64,000 bases of DNA from Alphaproteobacteria bacterium (GTDB lineage: Bacteria; Pseudomonadota; Alphaproteobacteria; JAAXGF01): contig CAUVXB020000002.1 of assembly GCA_963555825.3 (NCBI GenBank), positions 1 to 64,000 on the forward strand, written 5' to 3'. Below the pieces are notes generated by a model. The model worked only from the letters and a program-made list of their open reading frames with translations. It did not search any database and had not been told where the DNA came from. Both the position numbers and the translations under genes were made by a program. This document shows, piece by piece, positions 16,071 to 28,897 of the stretch. Within the stretch, counting starts at the first letter, position 1. Every line of letters starts with the position of its first letter.

Positions 16071-16560
16071 TGTCCCTTCTATTTATTGCATCGGCCCTCC
16101 CAACGACGGCTCGGTTTTCCGGAACGGACATCAAATTGATCTAGGAGGCTGTTGAAAAAGTCGGTTGCGGAACCAAACTCGCCAATTTCCCGGAACCAAT
16201 GAGAATTCGATTTCAATGAAATCAAAGACTTAGGAAAACACCGATTTCGGAGAATTGGCCAATTCAGGCCCAAAATGGATGTTTCGGGACTTTTCCAACA
16301 GCCTCCTAGTTGATTTTGCAATCGACCACGAGCAAGCATCACCATGTTCATTCTGCCGGTTCGTTCCAGCGAACACTGTGCAAGGGCATGCGGGTGCTGG
16401 CAGCGTCCAAGTTGCCGCAGAGAGAAATTGATCGAAGCCCAGCGGAGATAGTCAGGCCGCGAGACGCTCGTAACGATGATGCAGGCCACCGACCTTGGGC
16501 AAGGAAATAACCTTTCCGGTAATGGCCGGCTGAACGGGTCGTCCATACGGGGTGTCCTTG
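16071..16560 (-). mobile_element. 3' remnant of IS A
   Basis: Near-identical to 5415-5740 apart from a nested MITE. Confidence 0.9.
16145..16305. mobile_element. 161-bp MITE with CTAG duplication
   Basis: IRs GAGGCTGTTGAAAAAGTC / GACTTTTCCAACAGCCTC; empty site TGATCTAGTG near 5481-5490. Confidence 0.88.
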
Positions 16561-17894
16561 CCTCCCATAAATCCTATCTGCCGCAGAAATCCTAGTATTC
16601 CCGGCTTGTGCCGGATAGCGTCTCCGACATGTGCACGACCATTCGAATTGTCCTTGCCATGGTCCGTGAGGCTTTCCTCAGCCGCGCGGCGTTGCATCTT
16701 GAGAACCTTGCCCTGCGACAGCAGCTTGCCGCCTTAGATCGGAAAGGAGCCAGGCCATCGCTTCGGATGGCCGATCGCCTTTTCTGGGTCGTCCTGTCTC
16801 GGCTGTGGTCGGGTTGGAGGGAGATCCTGGTGATCGTCAAGCCGGAGACGGTTATCGGCTGGCATCGAAAGGGCTTCCGACGTTTCTGGACCCGGAAGTC
16901 GCGACGGGGGAAGCCGGGACGACCGCCCGTGTCGAGCGAATTCCGAGGGCTTATCCGCCGGATGTCTCGGGAGAATCCGTTGTGGGGCGCTCCCCGAATC
17001 CACGGTGAGCTCAGGATGCTCGGCTTCGAGGTCTCCGAGGCGGCCGTGTCCAAGTACATGCCGCGCCATCCAAAGCCACCTTCGCAGACATGGCGGACGT
17101 TCCTCGAGAACCACGTCGGGTGCCTAGCGTCGACCGACTTCTTCGTCGTACCCACCGCGACGTTCAGTCTTCTATTCGTGCTCGTTGTGCTGCGGCACGA
17201 GCGTCGGCGGATTGTTCACATCGGCACCACGGCACACCCGACTGCGGCGTGGGTCGCGCAACAGATCCGGGAGGCCTTTCCGTGGGAGACAGCACCACGG
17301 TATATGATCCGAGATCGGGATCGTGTGTACGGTATTGCCTTTCGTTCGCGGATAAAGGCGATGGCCATCGAAGAGGTCGTGACGGCGCCGCGATCGCCGT
17401 GGCAGTCGCCGTACGTTGAGCGCGTGATCGGGTCCATCAGGCGAGAGTGTCTGGATCACGTGATCGTTCTAAACGAACGGCATCTGCGGGCGATACTCTT
17501 GTCGTACATCGACTACTACCAGCGATCCCGCACGCACCTGGCGCTAGGCAAGGATACCCCTGAACGGCGATCGGTTCAGCCGGCTGGCGCCGGGAAGATC
17601 GTGGCGTTTCCACAGGTCGGCGGGCTGCATCATCGGTACCAGCGGTTGGCGGCCTGACTGGCACCGGCTATCGTATAATCGGCTTGCGGCGATGATTCTG
17701 ACGCCGTCGGGGTCGCCGTAACCTCAGCAATCCGTCTTACTATGGCAAGGCCCCCCAAGCCGGTTGCCGATCGATGTGGGCGTCGTTTCCGAAGATGACT
17801 ATGCCCGCCTCACAGCGAAGATGGTGCCATCACCAGTGCCGGCGGACCGGTCGGCGTTCTTGATGCACCCCGGATGAGATAAATGGGAGGCACA
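16561..17894 (+). mobile_element. IS 'B' copy 1 (transposase 16629-17657)
   Basis: Integrase-core transposase (ENLALRQQL, WGAPRIHGEL, IRDRD, YVERVIGSIRRE); right end GATAAATGGGAGGCACA; left end lacks terminal TGTG. Confidence 0.92.
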
Positions 17895-18057
17895 ACCGGT
17901 CGTCCCTCACCATCAGCACCGTGAACCTGGAACACCGTCTTTGCCAGATCAAACCCAATTGTCGTAATATCCATCGTGGACGCTCCCTCTGTCTAGGTTG
18001 TTCAACACACTCCAGTATGGCTCATCGTGAAGCCGTAGGGGGCGTCCATACCATCAG
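17895..18057 (-). pseudogene. IS110/IS1111 left end and transposase N-terminus, truncated
   Basis: Minus strand from 17974 reads MDITTIGFDLAKTVFQVHG; ATGGACGCCCC subterminal motif upstream. Confidence 0.8.
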
Positions 18058-18277
18058 AGTAAATGGGCTTGAGCTATTACGCTTCAGATTGGGTGGTGCT
18101 GTTTCAGTTAGGCTGATAATCGACGACTAAAGTTTCCTTCCGTGGCGTCTCACGCGGGCGCCAGATAAATCCCCTCTAACCCACTTTCGTTAGCAGCGTT
18201 TTCTTTGGTGCGAGGCAGGATTTGTTGAAGCCCCTACAATTCGTCGCCCCGTTCAAGTCCCTTTCCGCCCCATCACC

Positions 18278-19194
18278 TCAGGCCAAGGCGGTTTTCAACA
18301 AGGCCAGCAACCGGCTCCAGGCCCGCTCCGCCTGAGCCTCGTTGTACACGGCGGAATCCGGCGGGCACCAGCCGTGCTGGGTGCCCGCGTAGATCTCTGC
18401 CGGCAGCCCGGCGGCAGCAAAGGCCTCGCGCAGCACGTTCACTTGGCAAAGGCCTCGCGCAGCACGTTCTTGGCCTCTTTCTTGTCGTCGTTCTCGGCGA
18501 TCGCGAACAGATAGTGCGCTCGCATCTTGTCGACGAGCAGATGAGGGCTGTCGGGTGTATCGGTCACGAGTCTGCCGCCATGAAACGATGCGCCGGCACC
18601 TATCCGGTCGGGAAGCGCCGCTGCGGTGCGCATGGTGATGGGGCCACCCATGCAGTATCCCATCGTCCCCATCTTCCGATCGCTGGCCACCGCGTCCTGA
18701 CTGTCGAGGAACCCGACGAAGGCCCTCGCGTCCGTCACATTGGTCTCGGGGCTCAACGAGCGCATCAGGGGAAAGATCTTGTCGCGCGTCGCTTTGTCCC
18801 GAAACGAGGCGCCCTCCGGCAGGACCGGCGCCTTCATGGTGCGGTAATAGGGATTGACGACCAGCACTGCATACCCCGACTCGGCCAGCCGCCGCCCCAT
18901 CTGCTCGAAGGCGGGCCGCAGGCCGAGCGCATCGGGCCAGATCAGCACGCCTGGATGGACGCCGCTCGAGGGGTGCACGAAGTGACAGTCCGCCGTGCCG
19001 TCGGGTGTCAACACCTCGACATCCCCGACCGCCACCCCCAGCGCGTTCGCGGCCCGCGGCAAGAGCATGGCCAGCCCCGTCCCGACCGACAGCGCCGCGA
19101 ACTCGCGCCGGGTCAGGTTTTTCGGACGGCGCAAGTAGTCCTCCGCGTCACGGAGTGTTCTCTCGTCGCACATGAGTGCCTCCCATCTCACCAT
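18278..19194 (-). CDS. Dienelactone hydrolase-family protein, frame broken near the C-terminus by a short duplication
   Basis: GYCMGG nucleophile motif, FHGG, HGWC in continuation frame; RREF Tat-like motif. Confidence 0.85.
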
Positions 19195-19465
19195 GATTCG
19201 CGTTTTAGCCTAACACTTTTCGCCCTGCAGCACGGCTCGCGTGGCCGCATTTCGGCGCGGCGCTCGGGCGGGTGCCGGGATGCCGTAACAGCTCGGACCG
19301 AGAGCCGGAACTCCCACGACCGCGCTCGGCCGCGATGCAGCCGCCCCGCCACTTACACTAAGCCGGGATTCCCCGGATTGCTTCTCCCAGCCGCCGACAA
19401 TGATAGCAAAATGGGCATCCGACCGCGAATCCGGCCCTGAGCCGTCATGATAGGCTGTAGTCCGC

Positions 19466-20811
19466 TGTGGCTCCCATAAATCCTATCTGCCGCAGAAATC
19501 CTAGTATTCCCGGCTTGTGCCGGATAGCGTCTCCGACATGTGCACGACCATTCGAATTGTCCTTGCCATGGTCCGTGAGGCTTTCCTCAGCCGCGCGGCG
19601 TTGCATCTTGAGAACCTTGCCCTGCGACAGCAGCTTGCCGCCTTAGATCGGAAAGGAGCCAGGCCATCGCTTCGGATGGCCGATCGCCTTTTCTGGGTCG
19701 TCCTGTCTCGGCTGTGGTCGGGTTGGAGGGAGATCCTGGTGATCGTCAAGCCGGAGACGGTTATCGGCTGGCATCGAAAGGGCTTCCGACGTTTCTGGAC
19801 CCGGAAGTCGCGACGGGGGAAGCCGGGACGACCGCCCGTGTCGAGCGAATTCCGAGGGCTTATCCGCCGGATGTCTCGGGAGAATCCGTTGTGGGGCGCT
19901 CCCCGAATCCACGGTGAGCTCAGGATGCTCGGCTTCGAGGTCTCCGAGGCGGCCGTGTCCAAGTACATGCCGCGCCATCCAAAGCCACCTTCGCAGACAT
20001 GGCGGACGTTCCTCGAGAACCACGTCGGGTGCCTAGCGTCGACCGACTTCTTCGTCGTACCCACCGCGACGTTCAGTCTTCTATTCGTGCTCGTTGTGCT
20101 GCGGCACGAGCGTCGGCGGATTGTTCACATCGGCACCACGGCACACCCGACTGCGGCGTGGGTCGCGCAACAGATCCGGGAGGCCTTTCCGTGGGAGACA
20201 GCACCACGGTATATGATCCGAGATCGGGATCGTGTGTACGGTATTGCCTTTCGTTCGCGGATAAAGGCGATGGGCATCGAAGAGGTCGTGACGGCGCCGC
20301 GATCGCCGTGGCAGTCGCCGTACGTTGAGCGCGTGATCGGGTCCATCAGGCGAGAGTGTCTGGATCACGTGATCGTTCTAAACGAACGGCATCTGCGGGC
20401 GATACTCTTGTCGTACATCGACTACTACCAGCGATCCCGCACGCACCTGGCGCTAGGCAAGGATACCCCTGAACGGCGATCGGTTCAGCCGGCTGGCGCC
20501 GGGAAGATCGTGGCGTTTCCACAGGTCGGCGGGCTGCATCATCGGTACCAGCGGTTGGCGGCCTGACTGGCACCGGCTATCGTATAATCGGCTTGCGGCG
20601 ATGATTCTGACGCCGTCGGGGTCGCCGTAACCTCAGCAATCCGTCTTACTATGGCAAGGCCCCCCAAGCCGGTTGCCGATCGATGTGGGCGTCGTTTCCT
20701 CACAGCGAAAGATGACTATGCCCGCCTCAAAGCGAAGATGGTGCCATCACCAGTGCCGGCGGACCGGTCGGCGTTCTTGATGCACCCCGGATGAGATAAA
20801 TGGGAGGCACA
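19466..20811 (+). mobile_element. IS B copy 2 (transposase 19538-20566)
   Basis: TGTGGCTCCCATAAAT...ATGGGAGGCACA; intact ORF. Confidence 0.95.
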
Positions 20812-20999
20812 GGTGCCTGAGCCGCAAGACGGCGCTCGCCATGGCCTTCAAACTGATCTTGAGTGCCCGGCGGAAATGGCGGAAGCTGGACGGATCAAAT
20901 CAACTCGCCGAACTCGCGAAGGAGTGCCGTTCAAGGACGGAATCAAGATAACCAAACACGCCGCCTGATAGCTCCGTCACCAACTTTCGGACATAGCTC
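20812..20999 (+). mobile_element. IS256-family 3' end remnant
   Basis: Encodes CLSRKTALAMAFKL...; ends CACCAACTTTCGGACATAGCTC; inverted copy at 35187-35375. Confidence 0.75.
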
Positions 21000-21330
21000 G
21001 CCTTGGAAAGTACGCAACCGTCTTTTTCGACATCCCAGGGGGCCGACGCCACGAATGAACTTGAGTGGATATTCGTCAGATAACGTCCCGAACGGTGGTC
21101 AACGTATACTCTCTGTGTGGCCATGGGAAGCCGGCATGCGTCATCAGCCTGCTGGGGAAGGACTCCATCACTTCGCCGAGGCACTCATCCGTGGTCATAC
21201 GTTCCGGGAGAAGGGCGTTGGGCATCAGCAAAGAAGCCAGTTGGTGGCGAATGCAATCCAGCTGTTCATGGACCTGACGAGAGAGTGCTGTGGGAGTCGT
21301 CCGAACGGGCATCTGAAGACTGTCGGTTGA

Positions 21331-21672
<342 letters not shown>

Positions 21673-21982
21673 TGATTTATTTGGGCAAGCGATGTTGCCA
21701 CCCAGAAACTAAATTGTCGAAGTCGGCAGCACGATCTCTTGCGGCACGCCTTAGCCGCCGTTCTCGGTCAATAGCATTTCTCCCTTCGGTAGTCGTCTTT
21801 CGAGCACGGACTGACCATGACTGACTGCGTGTCGGAACGCGACAAGGTCGAGCCGGATCTCGCCGCGCATCCGGTTGCGCTCCCAACGGAACGGCCAGGG
21901 TCTCGGTGGATCGTAGGAGATCGTGACGTATGCCATATCCTCATAGATATCGACAAAATAGCGGTCCCGTGCGCCGCGCTCG

Positions 21983-23310
21983 TGTCCGTCATCAAAACAA
22001 ATGGGACTGTTGAGCGTGTTTCATAAGGGAGGATCTGGCTCATCTTTGTTTGATGTTAAGCCGCTTGGCGTTGATGGTTCAAGCGGCGGTTTTGGGTGGT
22101 CAGTTTTTGATCTTTTTTCTCTTTTCGATGATGGCGGTGTGGCGTCCAAAGTAGGCGTCGGCTGGAGTTACGTTGCCGATGCTCTCGTGGTAGCGTTGGT
22201 TGTTGTAGTGATCGACGAAGGCGCTGATCTGGTTTTCGAGATCGCCGGGCAGATAATAATTTTCAAGCAGGATCCGGTTCTTCAGCGTTTGATGCCAGCG
22301 CTCGATCTTGCCCTGGGTTTGCGGGTGATACGGTGCGCCCCGAACGTGATCCATACCGTGGTCCTCGAGCCATTCAGCCAGATCGCCGGAGATATAGGAC
22401 GAGCCGTTGTCGCTGAGCAGCCTCGGCTTGTGGACGACATTGGCGCGATTGCAGCCTGAGGCTTCTAGCGCCAACTTCAGTGTTGCCGTCACATCGTCCG
22501 CCGTCATGTTGGTGCAGAGCTTCCAAGCAATTATGTAGCGGGAATAGTCGTCCAGGATGGTCGACAGGTAAAACCAGCCCCAGCCGATGACCTTGAGATA
22601 GGTGAAGTCGGTCTGCCACAGCTGGTTCGGCGCCGTGGTCTTGTCGCGGAACTCATCGGCTGCCTTGATGACCACGAAAGCGGGGCTGGTGATCAGGCCG
22701 TGGGCCTTGAGAAGCCGGTAAACCGAGGCTTCCGAGACAAAGTAGCCCCTGGTGTCCGTAAACCTGACGGCCAGTTCCCGGGGCGACAGTTGCGTCTCCT
22801 CCAGGGCAAGATCGATGATCTGCCCCCGGACATCATCCGGGATCCGGTTCCACACCCGGCCCGGGCTGCTGTTGCGATCCTCAAGACCGGCGTCGCCAAA
22901 GGCCAGAAAGCGATCGCACCAGCGATAAAAGGTGGTCTTCGGAATGCCCAGCTTGTCCAAAGTGGACCCGACGCCCAGGTGGGACTGCTCGACCAGGCGG
23001 ATGATCTCCAGCTTCTCGGATGCGGGATACCTCATTCCTCGTCTCCCCCATGCCCGATCATGTTTTTTTGAGAAGACGGTTCTCCAGCGAAAGTTCGGCG
23101 ACCAACTCCTTCAAGTCGCGCATCTCCTGGCGCAGGCCTTTAACCTCGCCCGAGGTCGCTTGGCGCCCGGTGTCGCCGGCGAGCCGCTTCTTGCCCGCTT
23201 CCAAAAACTCTTTCGACCAGCTGTAATACAGACCCTCGGCGATGCCCTCGCGGCGGCACAAGGCGGCGATGCTCTCCTCGCCGCGCAGGCCCGACACCAC
23301 GATCCGTACT
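21983..23310 (-). mobile_element. IS3-family element, 5'-truncated (orfA 23058-23300, orfB about 22056-23035)
   Basis: WQTDFTY, LSDNGS, QGKIERWH DDE motifs; A7 slippery site at end of orfA. Confidence 0.88.
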
Positions 23311-23485
23311 GATCCTTTTGAGTAATTTCAAGGACTTATGTTGTCCAACCCCTCAAATCGGGGTATTGATTCCAAAGGGGAATTTTCCCCGTTGTCCAAC
23401 CTGAAACGCGCCCAAAAGAAAGCCCGCCGAGTAGTGACCGGCGGGCCGATGACGATTCCCCCCTGCTAACGAAGGAACCTCACAA

Positions 23486-23885
23486 ATGGAAGTTTTAAGT
23501 AAAGCACCGCCCAACGACCCCCGCAATAGCGCCGCCGTCCTGGTCGATCTCGCCGAGCGCGCTGGGAAGTTCTATCGGCGATCAAGTGAGGGCTGGCTCG
23601 CGTGCGCGAACTTGCTCCTAGAAGCGAGAAAAGTATGTCCGCACGGGGAGTGGTCGATCTTCCTGGAAGACGCCGGCATCCCCCAACGCACGGCGCGCCG
23701 GATGCTCGCCTTCGCCATGGCGGACGTTCAAAACGGCCACGTGGCCGTTTTGGGAGTCCGGTACGTCGACCGGTTGATCGCTGCGTCACGGCGGACCACG
23801 GCCGGGGCTATCGAGCTCGCGAAGGCCGACCCGCACCCTATGCCGTGGCAGAAGACGCCCGAGGAAATCGCGGCCGACGAATGGG
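23486..23885 (+). pseudogene. DUF3102-like phage/MGE protein truncated by IS B
   Basis: LLLEARKVCPHGEWSIFLEDAGIPQRTARRM resembles the DUF3102 motif. Confidence 0.55.
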
Positions 23886-25222
23886 TGTGGCTCCCATAAA
23901 TCCTATCTGCCGCAGAAATCCTAGTATTCCCGGCTTGTGCCGGATAGCGTCTCCGACATGTGCACGACCATTCGAATTGTCCTTGCCATGGTCCGTGAGG
24001 CTTTCCTCAGCCGCGCGGCGTTGCATCTTGAGAACCTTGCCCTGCGACAGCAGCTTGCCGCCTTAGATCGGAAAGGAGCCAGGCCATCGCTTCGGATGGC
24101 CGATCGCCTTTTCTGGGTCGTCCTGTCTCGGCTGTGGTCGGGTTGGAGGGAGATCCTGGTGATCGTCAAGCCGGAGACGGTTATCGGCTGGCATCGAAAG
24201 GGCTTCCGACGTTTCTGGACCCGGAAGTCGCGACGGGGGAAGCCGGGACGACCGCCCGTGTCGAGCGAATTCCGAGGGCTTATCCGCCGGATGTCTCGGG
24301 AGAATCCGTTGTGGGGCGCTCCCCGAATCCACGGTGAGCTCAGGATGCTCGGCTTCGAGGTCTCCGAGGCGGCCGTGTCCAAGTACATGCCGCGCCATCC
24401 AAAGCCACCTTCGCAGACATGGCGGACGTTCCTCGAGAACCACGTCGGGTGCCTAGCGTCGACCGACTTCTTCGTCGTACCCACCGCGACGTTCAGTCTT
24501 CTATTCGTGCTCGTTGTGCTGCGGCACGAGCGTCGGCGGATTGTTCACATCGGCACCACGGCACACCCGACTGCGGCGTGGGTCGCGCAACAGATCCGGG
24601 AGGCCTTTCCGTGGGAGACAGCACCACGGTATATGATCCGAGATCGGGATCGTGTGTACGGTATTGCCTTTCGTTCGCGGATAAAGGCGATGGGCATCGA
24701 AGAGGTCGTGACGGCGCCGCGATCGCCGTGGCAGTCGCCGTACGTTGAGCGCGTGATCGGGTCCATCAGGCGAGAGTGTCTGGATCACGTAATCGTTCTA
24801 AACGAACGGCATCTGCGGGCGATACTCTTGTCGTACATCGACTACTACCAGCGATCCCGCACGCACCTGGCGCTAGGCAAGGATACCCCTGAACGGCGAT
24901 CGGTTCAGCCGGCTGGCGCCGGGAAGATCGTGGCGTTTCCACAGGTCGGCGGGCTGCATCATCGGTACCAGCGGTTGGCGGCCTGACTGGCACCGGCTAT
25001 CGTATAATCGGCTTGCGGCGATGATTCTGACGCCGTTAGGGTCGCCGTAACCTCAGCAATCCGTCTTACTATGGCAAGGCCCCCCAAGCCGGTTGCCGGC
25101 GATGTGGGCGTCGTTTCCGAAGATGACTATGCCCGCCTCACAGCGAAGATGGTGCCATCACCAGTGCCGGCGGACCGGTCGGCGTTCTTGATGCACCCCG
25201 GATGAGATAAATGGGAGGCACA
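23886..25222 (+). mobile_element. IS B copy 3 (transposase 23958-24986)
   Basis: Complete ends and ORF. Confidence 0.95.
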
Positions 25223-25354
25223 GCCAGGGATACATGGCGCAGATCGTCGAAACCTATTGTGAAGATGACAGTAACGAGGCGGTTGCCGCGACACCGGACC
25301 TCATCACCGTCGCTGCCTCGGAGAGCCGTGCCCCGGTCCCGCCCGGGCACGTGG

Positions 25355-26020
25355 CTAAAGGTTGCGAGGACCTCCGCGGTTGCCGCTGCGGTGGCTCGCC
25401 AGCGGGCCGCGGCGGCGAGCGGCGAACATCCCAAGCACCAGCCGGATCCGCTGCTCGTCGATATCTTCCGGATCGAAAGGTCCGCCGTACCACTCCGTCA
25501 TCCGGTCATGCTCTTCGTGGCTCGCATCGAGCACCGCCCCGAGAAACTCCATGAAGCCATCGGTTCCGCCGACATCTTCCGGCGGACAGCGGCGAGCACC
25601 GTCCACGAACGCCGGGTATTCCGGGTCTTCGCCGCCATCGCGAAGACCCTCCACCACAACGTCGTGGCGCCAATTGTCGCCGAAGTCGTACACATAGAGG
25701 AAGCGGTCCACGCCGCGCTCGACAAGCGTCTTCAGACGGATGGCCGCCGCCTTGTAGGTCTTGCGATCGTAGAACTCGTCCTCATCCGTCGGGACGCCGT
25801 AAACCCGCTCGCCGACCACGAATTCGTACAGATGGCAATCCTGCCAGTGAAACGATACCTGAATGATGTCGTTCAGCGCCGCCAGAGTCGACGAGAGTGG
25901 CACGTCGATGCGTCGCCAGATCTTCGGCTCCAGATCCTGAAGCTCGACGCGGATGCGTGCGACCGACTCGATCATGCGCGACATACCAGTCGGGACCGCC
26001 TCCACACAGCATCCATTCAC
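25355..26020 (-). CDS. Plasmid pRiA4b ORF-3 family protein
   Basis: PKIWRRIDVP, YVYDFGDNWRH, RRCPPEDVGG, FDPE motifs. Confidence 0.88.
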   Translation of the reverse strand: MNGCCVEAVPTGMSRMIESVARIRVELQDLEPKIWRRIDVPLSSTLAALNDIIQVSFHWQDCHLYEFVVGERVYGVPTDEDEFYDRKTYKAAAIRLKTLVERGVDRFLYVYDFGDNWRHDVVVEGLRDGGEDPEYPAFVDGARRCPPEDVGGTDGFMEFLGAVLDASHEEHDRMTEWYGGPFDPEDIDEQRIRLVLGMFAARRRGPLASHRSGNRGGPRNL

Positions 26021-26030
26021 CGCACCCCTC

Positions 26031-26345
26031 TCACTCCTGCTCCCGCCTTCGTCTTGCTTCTAGGCCCTTCAGCATTACCTCGTCGAACTCCGGCTCGTCC
26101 CACTCCCGCGCCTCTCTCACCGCCCAATCCAGCATCCCGAAGAAGTCCGGATCGCCCGCCTTCAGATGACACGTGTACAACCGGTTGACCACCAGGCGCA
26201 TCAGATCGCGCATCTCGTCGGGCTCGATATGAGCCACCTCCGGCCAGGGAATCCGCCGCCCATTGGCGTCGATCACCACGACATCCGAGAAATCCCCGGT
26301 ATGGCTGACCGGCGCAATTCCACCATGAAAGTCTTCGATACCGGG
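26031..26345 (-). pseudogene. Hypothetical protein, 5'-truncated
   Basis: Open frame TGIEDFHGG...VIDANGRRIPWPEV...; cut at the dinB-fragment junction. Confidence 0.55.
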
Positions 26346-26639
26346 GCGTGGTCACCGCCTGCTGCTACATCGCCCGCACCTACGGCGTGCGCTCCGCCAT
26401 GCCGATGTTCAAGGCGCTCGAGGCCTGCCCCGAGGCTGCCGTCATCAGGCCCGACATGAAGAAGTACACGGCGGTGGGCGACGAGGTGAGGGCGATGATG
26501 CTGGGGCTCACGCCCCTGGTGGAGCCGCTCTCCATCGACGAAGCGTTCATGGACCTCTCTGGTACCGAGTCCCTGCACCGTGCCAGTCCGGCCGGGACGC
26601 TCGCGAAGCTGGCGCGCCGAGTGGAAGACGAACTCTCCA
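26345..26639 (+). pseudogene. dinB: DNA polymerase IV internal fragment
   Basis: [20 protein letters not shown]...[12 protein letters not shown]; abuts the IS1380 right IR. Confidence 0.85.
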
Positions 26640-26872
26640 CCGACATTCCCCATATACCATCCAAATTCGTGGAAATCGTACCACTTTCCCACCGCCAAGG
26701 GAACTGTATCCCCTATGCAGCCATCCGATGGCATGATTTTGGTAATCGGCCCGCGCTTGGAAGGCCACTCGGTCATTTTTCTCGCCATCCAGACACACCT
26801 CTCCTGTCGCTTTCTCCTCGCCGTCGATTCCCTCGGCCTACGCCGGAGCGGGTCTTCGTCGCAGATCATCAA

Positions 26873-27050
26873 CGTCCATCGGCCAATAGCCGGAAACGAC
26901 ACAACCGGGCGCCGGCGTGATCGCGTCGAAGAATTGGCTGACCGCGTGTTCGCCGGCATCGGGCGCGGCGGCGCGGGCTTCGCTCCGGCGCGCGCGGGTC
27001 TCGGCGCGCAGCAGGCGCTTCGCCTCGGCGGTCGGATCGGCGGTTGTCAT
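26873..27050 (-). pseudogene. ygfA: 5-formyltetrahydrofolate cyclo-ligase 5' fragment
   Basis: AKRLLRAETRARR...VVSGYWPM; directly downstream of 6S RNA (conserved synteny). Confidence 0.8.
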
Positions 27051-27079
27051 CGGGACGCCGCCGAGCGGCGGTGGAAGTT

Positions 27080-27242
27080 GAGCGGGACCGCCTCGACCGT
27101 CGGCCTATGCAAGTCCTCTGTGGCCTGCTTGTGCAGGTGGGCGCCATATTCCGAAACCACGGCTCCGGAAGGGACAGCTCCCGTTTGGTCGATATTGGCC
27201 CCAGGGAATAATGCGACCTGACGTGCCGCGCAGTGCCCGCCC
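27080..27242 (-). ncRNA. ssrS: 6S RNA
   Basis: ~163 nt, closing stem GGGCGGG/CCCGCTC; alphaproteobacterial 6S-type motifs TCCCTGGGGCC, GGGAGCTGTCCC, GGCGCCCACCT; upstream of ygfA. Confidence 0.82.
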
Positions 27243-27255
27243 ATGCTTATCTTAA

Positions 27256-28897
27256 CCGACATTCCCCATATACCATCCAAATTCGTGGAAATCGCACCAC
27301 TTTCCCACCGCCAAGGGAACTGTATCCCCTATGCAGCCATCCGATGGCATGATTTTGGTAATCGGCCCGCGCTTGGAAGGCCACTCGGTCATTTTTCTCG
27401 CCATCCAGACACACCTCTCCTGTCGCTTTCTCCTCGCCGTCGATTCCCTCGGCCTACGCCGGAGCGGGTCTTCGTCGCAGATCATCAATCAAGCTCAGGA
27501 TTTTCCGGAACAGGTCCCTCGGCACCGCCACCTCAGCCAATTGGAACGTAACGTAGCGGCCATGTCGGACAACCTTGGCCCCGATCTTCACCAGCTTGTC
27601 GCGCAACGTCGTCATCGACCAGTGCTCCACCTCCTTCGGCAAAGCCAGTGTCCTCATGAAGTTGCCCAGATTGTAGGCCAGGGCGTGAAGCTGGAGCCGA
27701 ACGGCATTGTTGCGGAACTTGCGACATGACAGACGGGTCCAGTTGATGGCGTTCTTGCCTTCCTTGATGTGCTGCTCCGCCGTGCCACGGTGATTATAGA
27801 ACGCCACCACCCGCTTGGTAGGGCGCGACAGATTAGTGACGATGAAACCGACGCGAGGAACCAGCTCGCCGGGGTGCCACTCCACTTTGGCCACGACACG
27901 GCGCTTCTTGTTCCACGATCCGGCCTGATAGCTGAAGCTGGCGTGGAAACGGCGAACATGGTCGGGCGGGCGACCGACAGGTCGCGTAAGCAGATGGGCA
28001 ATGTTCCGCTGGAGAATCGCGTTCGCTTTGAGGCGGATGACGTAGAGTAATCCCTCGGCTTCGAGATATTCGTATATCTCCGGTGAGGCGAAGGCGGCAT
28101 CGCCACGAAAATACAGCCGCACCTTCCTTTCCTTATAGCGCATCACCACCGGCTCCAGAACATTCCGCCATCCGTCGGCACTGTGAACATTACCGGGGCG
28201 CAGGGAACATCTCTCCAAGTCGCCGAACTGGTTGAACAGGAATAGCGGATGCTAGCAGGTACAGCCGAAGTGACCATTGTACGCTGTTCCCTCTTGTTCG
28301 CCATGGGTCGGGCTGACGCTGCTGTCCATGTCGAGAATGATCATCTTCGGCGGATGGCGGTCATGAACCTTGTCGATCCACACCCCGTTCATGTCGACCA
28401 AGGCTTCAACGTTCTCGTCGGTGGCCAATAGCTCCGTCTCGAAGCGTCCCATCTGGCTGGTGGAAGCGGCCTGTCTTTCGATGGCCTTGCCGCCAACAAT
28501 CCAGCGCATGGCGGGATCGCGTCCCAGACGGTCGGCGTCGTTCACATCGTCATAGCCGCCAAGGCGCCCGAAAACGGACTGGCGAAACTGACCCGTCATG
28601 CCGTGCCATCCGTTCTTGCCGGTACGGCTACCCTGGAAAACACCCTCGGCCATCTCAGTCAGGCCGAGGGCATCGTCAAGCTCCCGGTAGGCGAGCAACC
28701 CGGCATCAGAGGTGATCTTGGAACCGTGGAATTCAAGCTTCAATCGACGGTCAAAAACGACCCGAAGGCACCCCGGTTTCGATTCACCCATCGGGTGTGC
28801 CATAGCCGCCGCTCCATGTATGCTACAACTTCATGATTCTTATAGCAGAATCGCCTTCTCGCCGCACTGAATATCGACGATACTTGGGAAATGCGGG
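27256..28897 (-). mobile_element. Inner IS1380-family copy; transposase 27454-28803 with in-frame TAG at 28252-28254
   Basis: IRs CCGACATTCCCCATAT / TACTTGGGAAATGCGGG; ITSDAGLL, LDMDSS, RGDAAF, YNHRGTAE motifs. Confidence 0.92.

Noticed and set aside
18415-18470. ~25-bp duplication breaking the dienelactone hydrolase
   Set aside because: Cannot be distinguished from a consensus error without reads.
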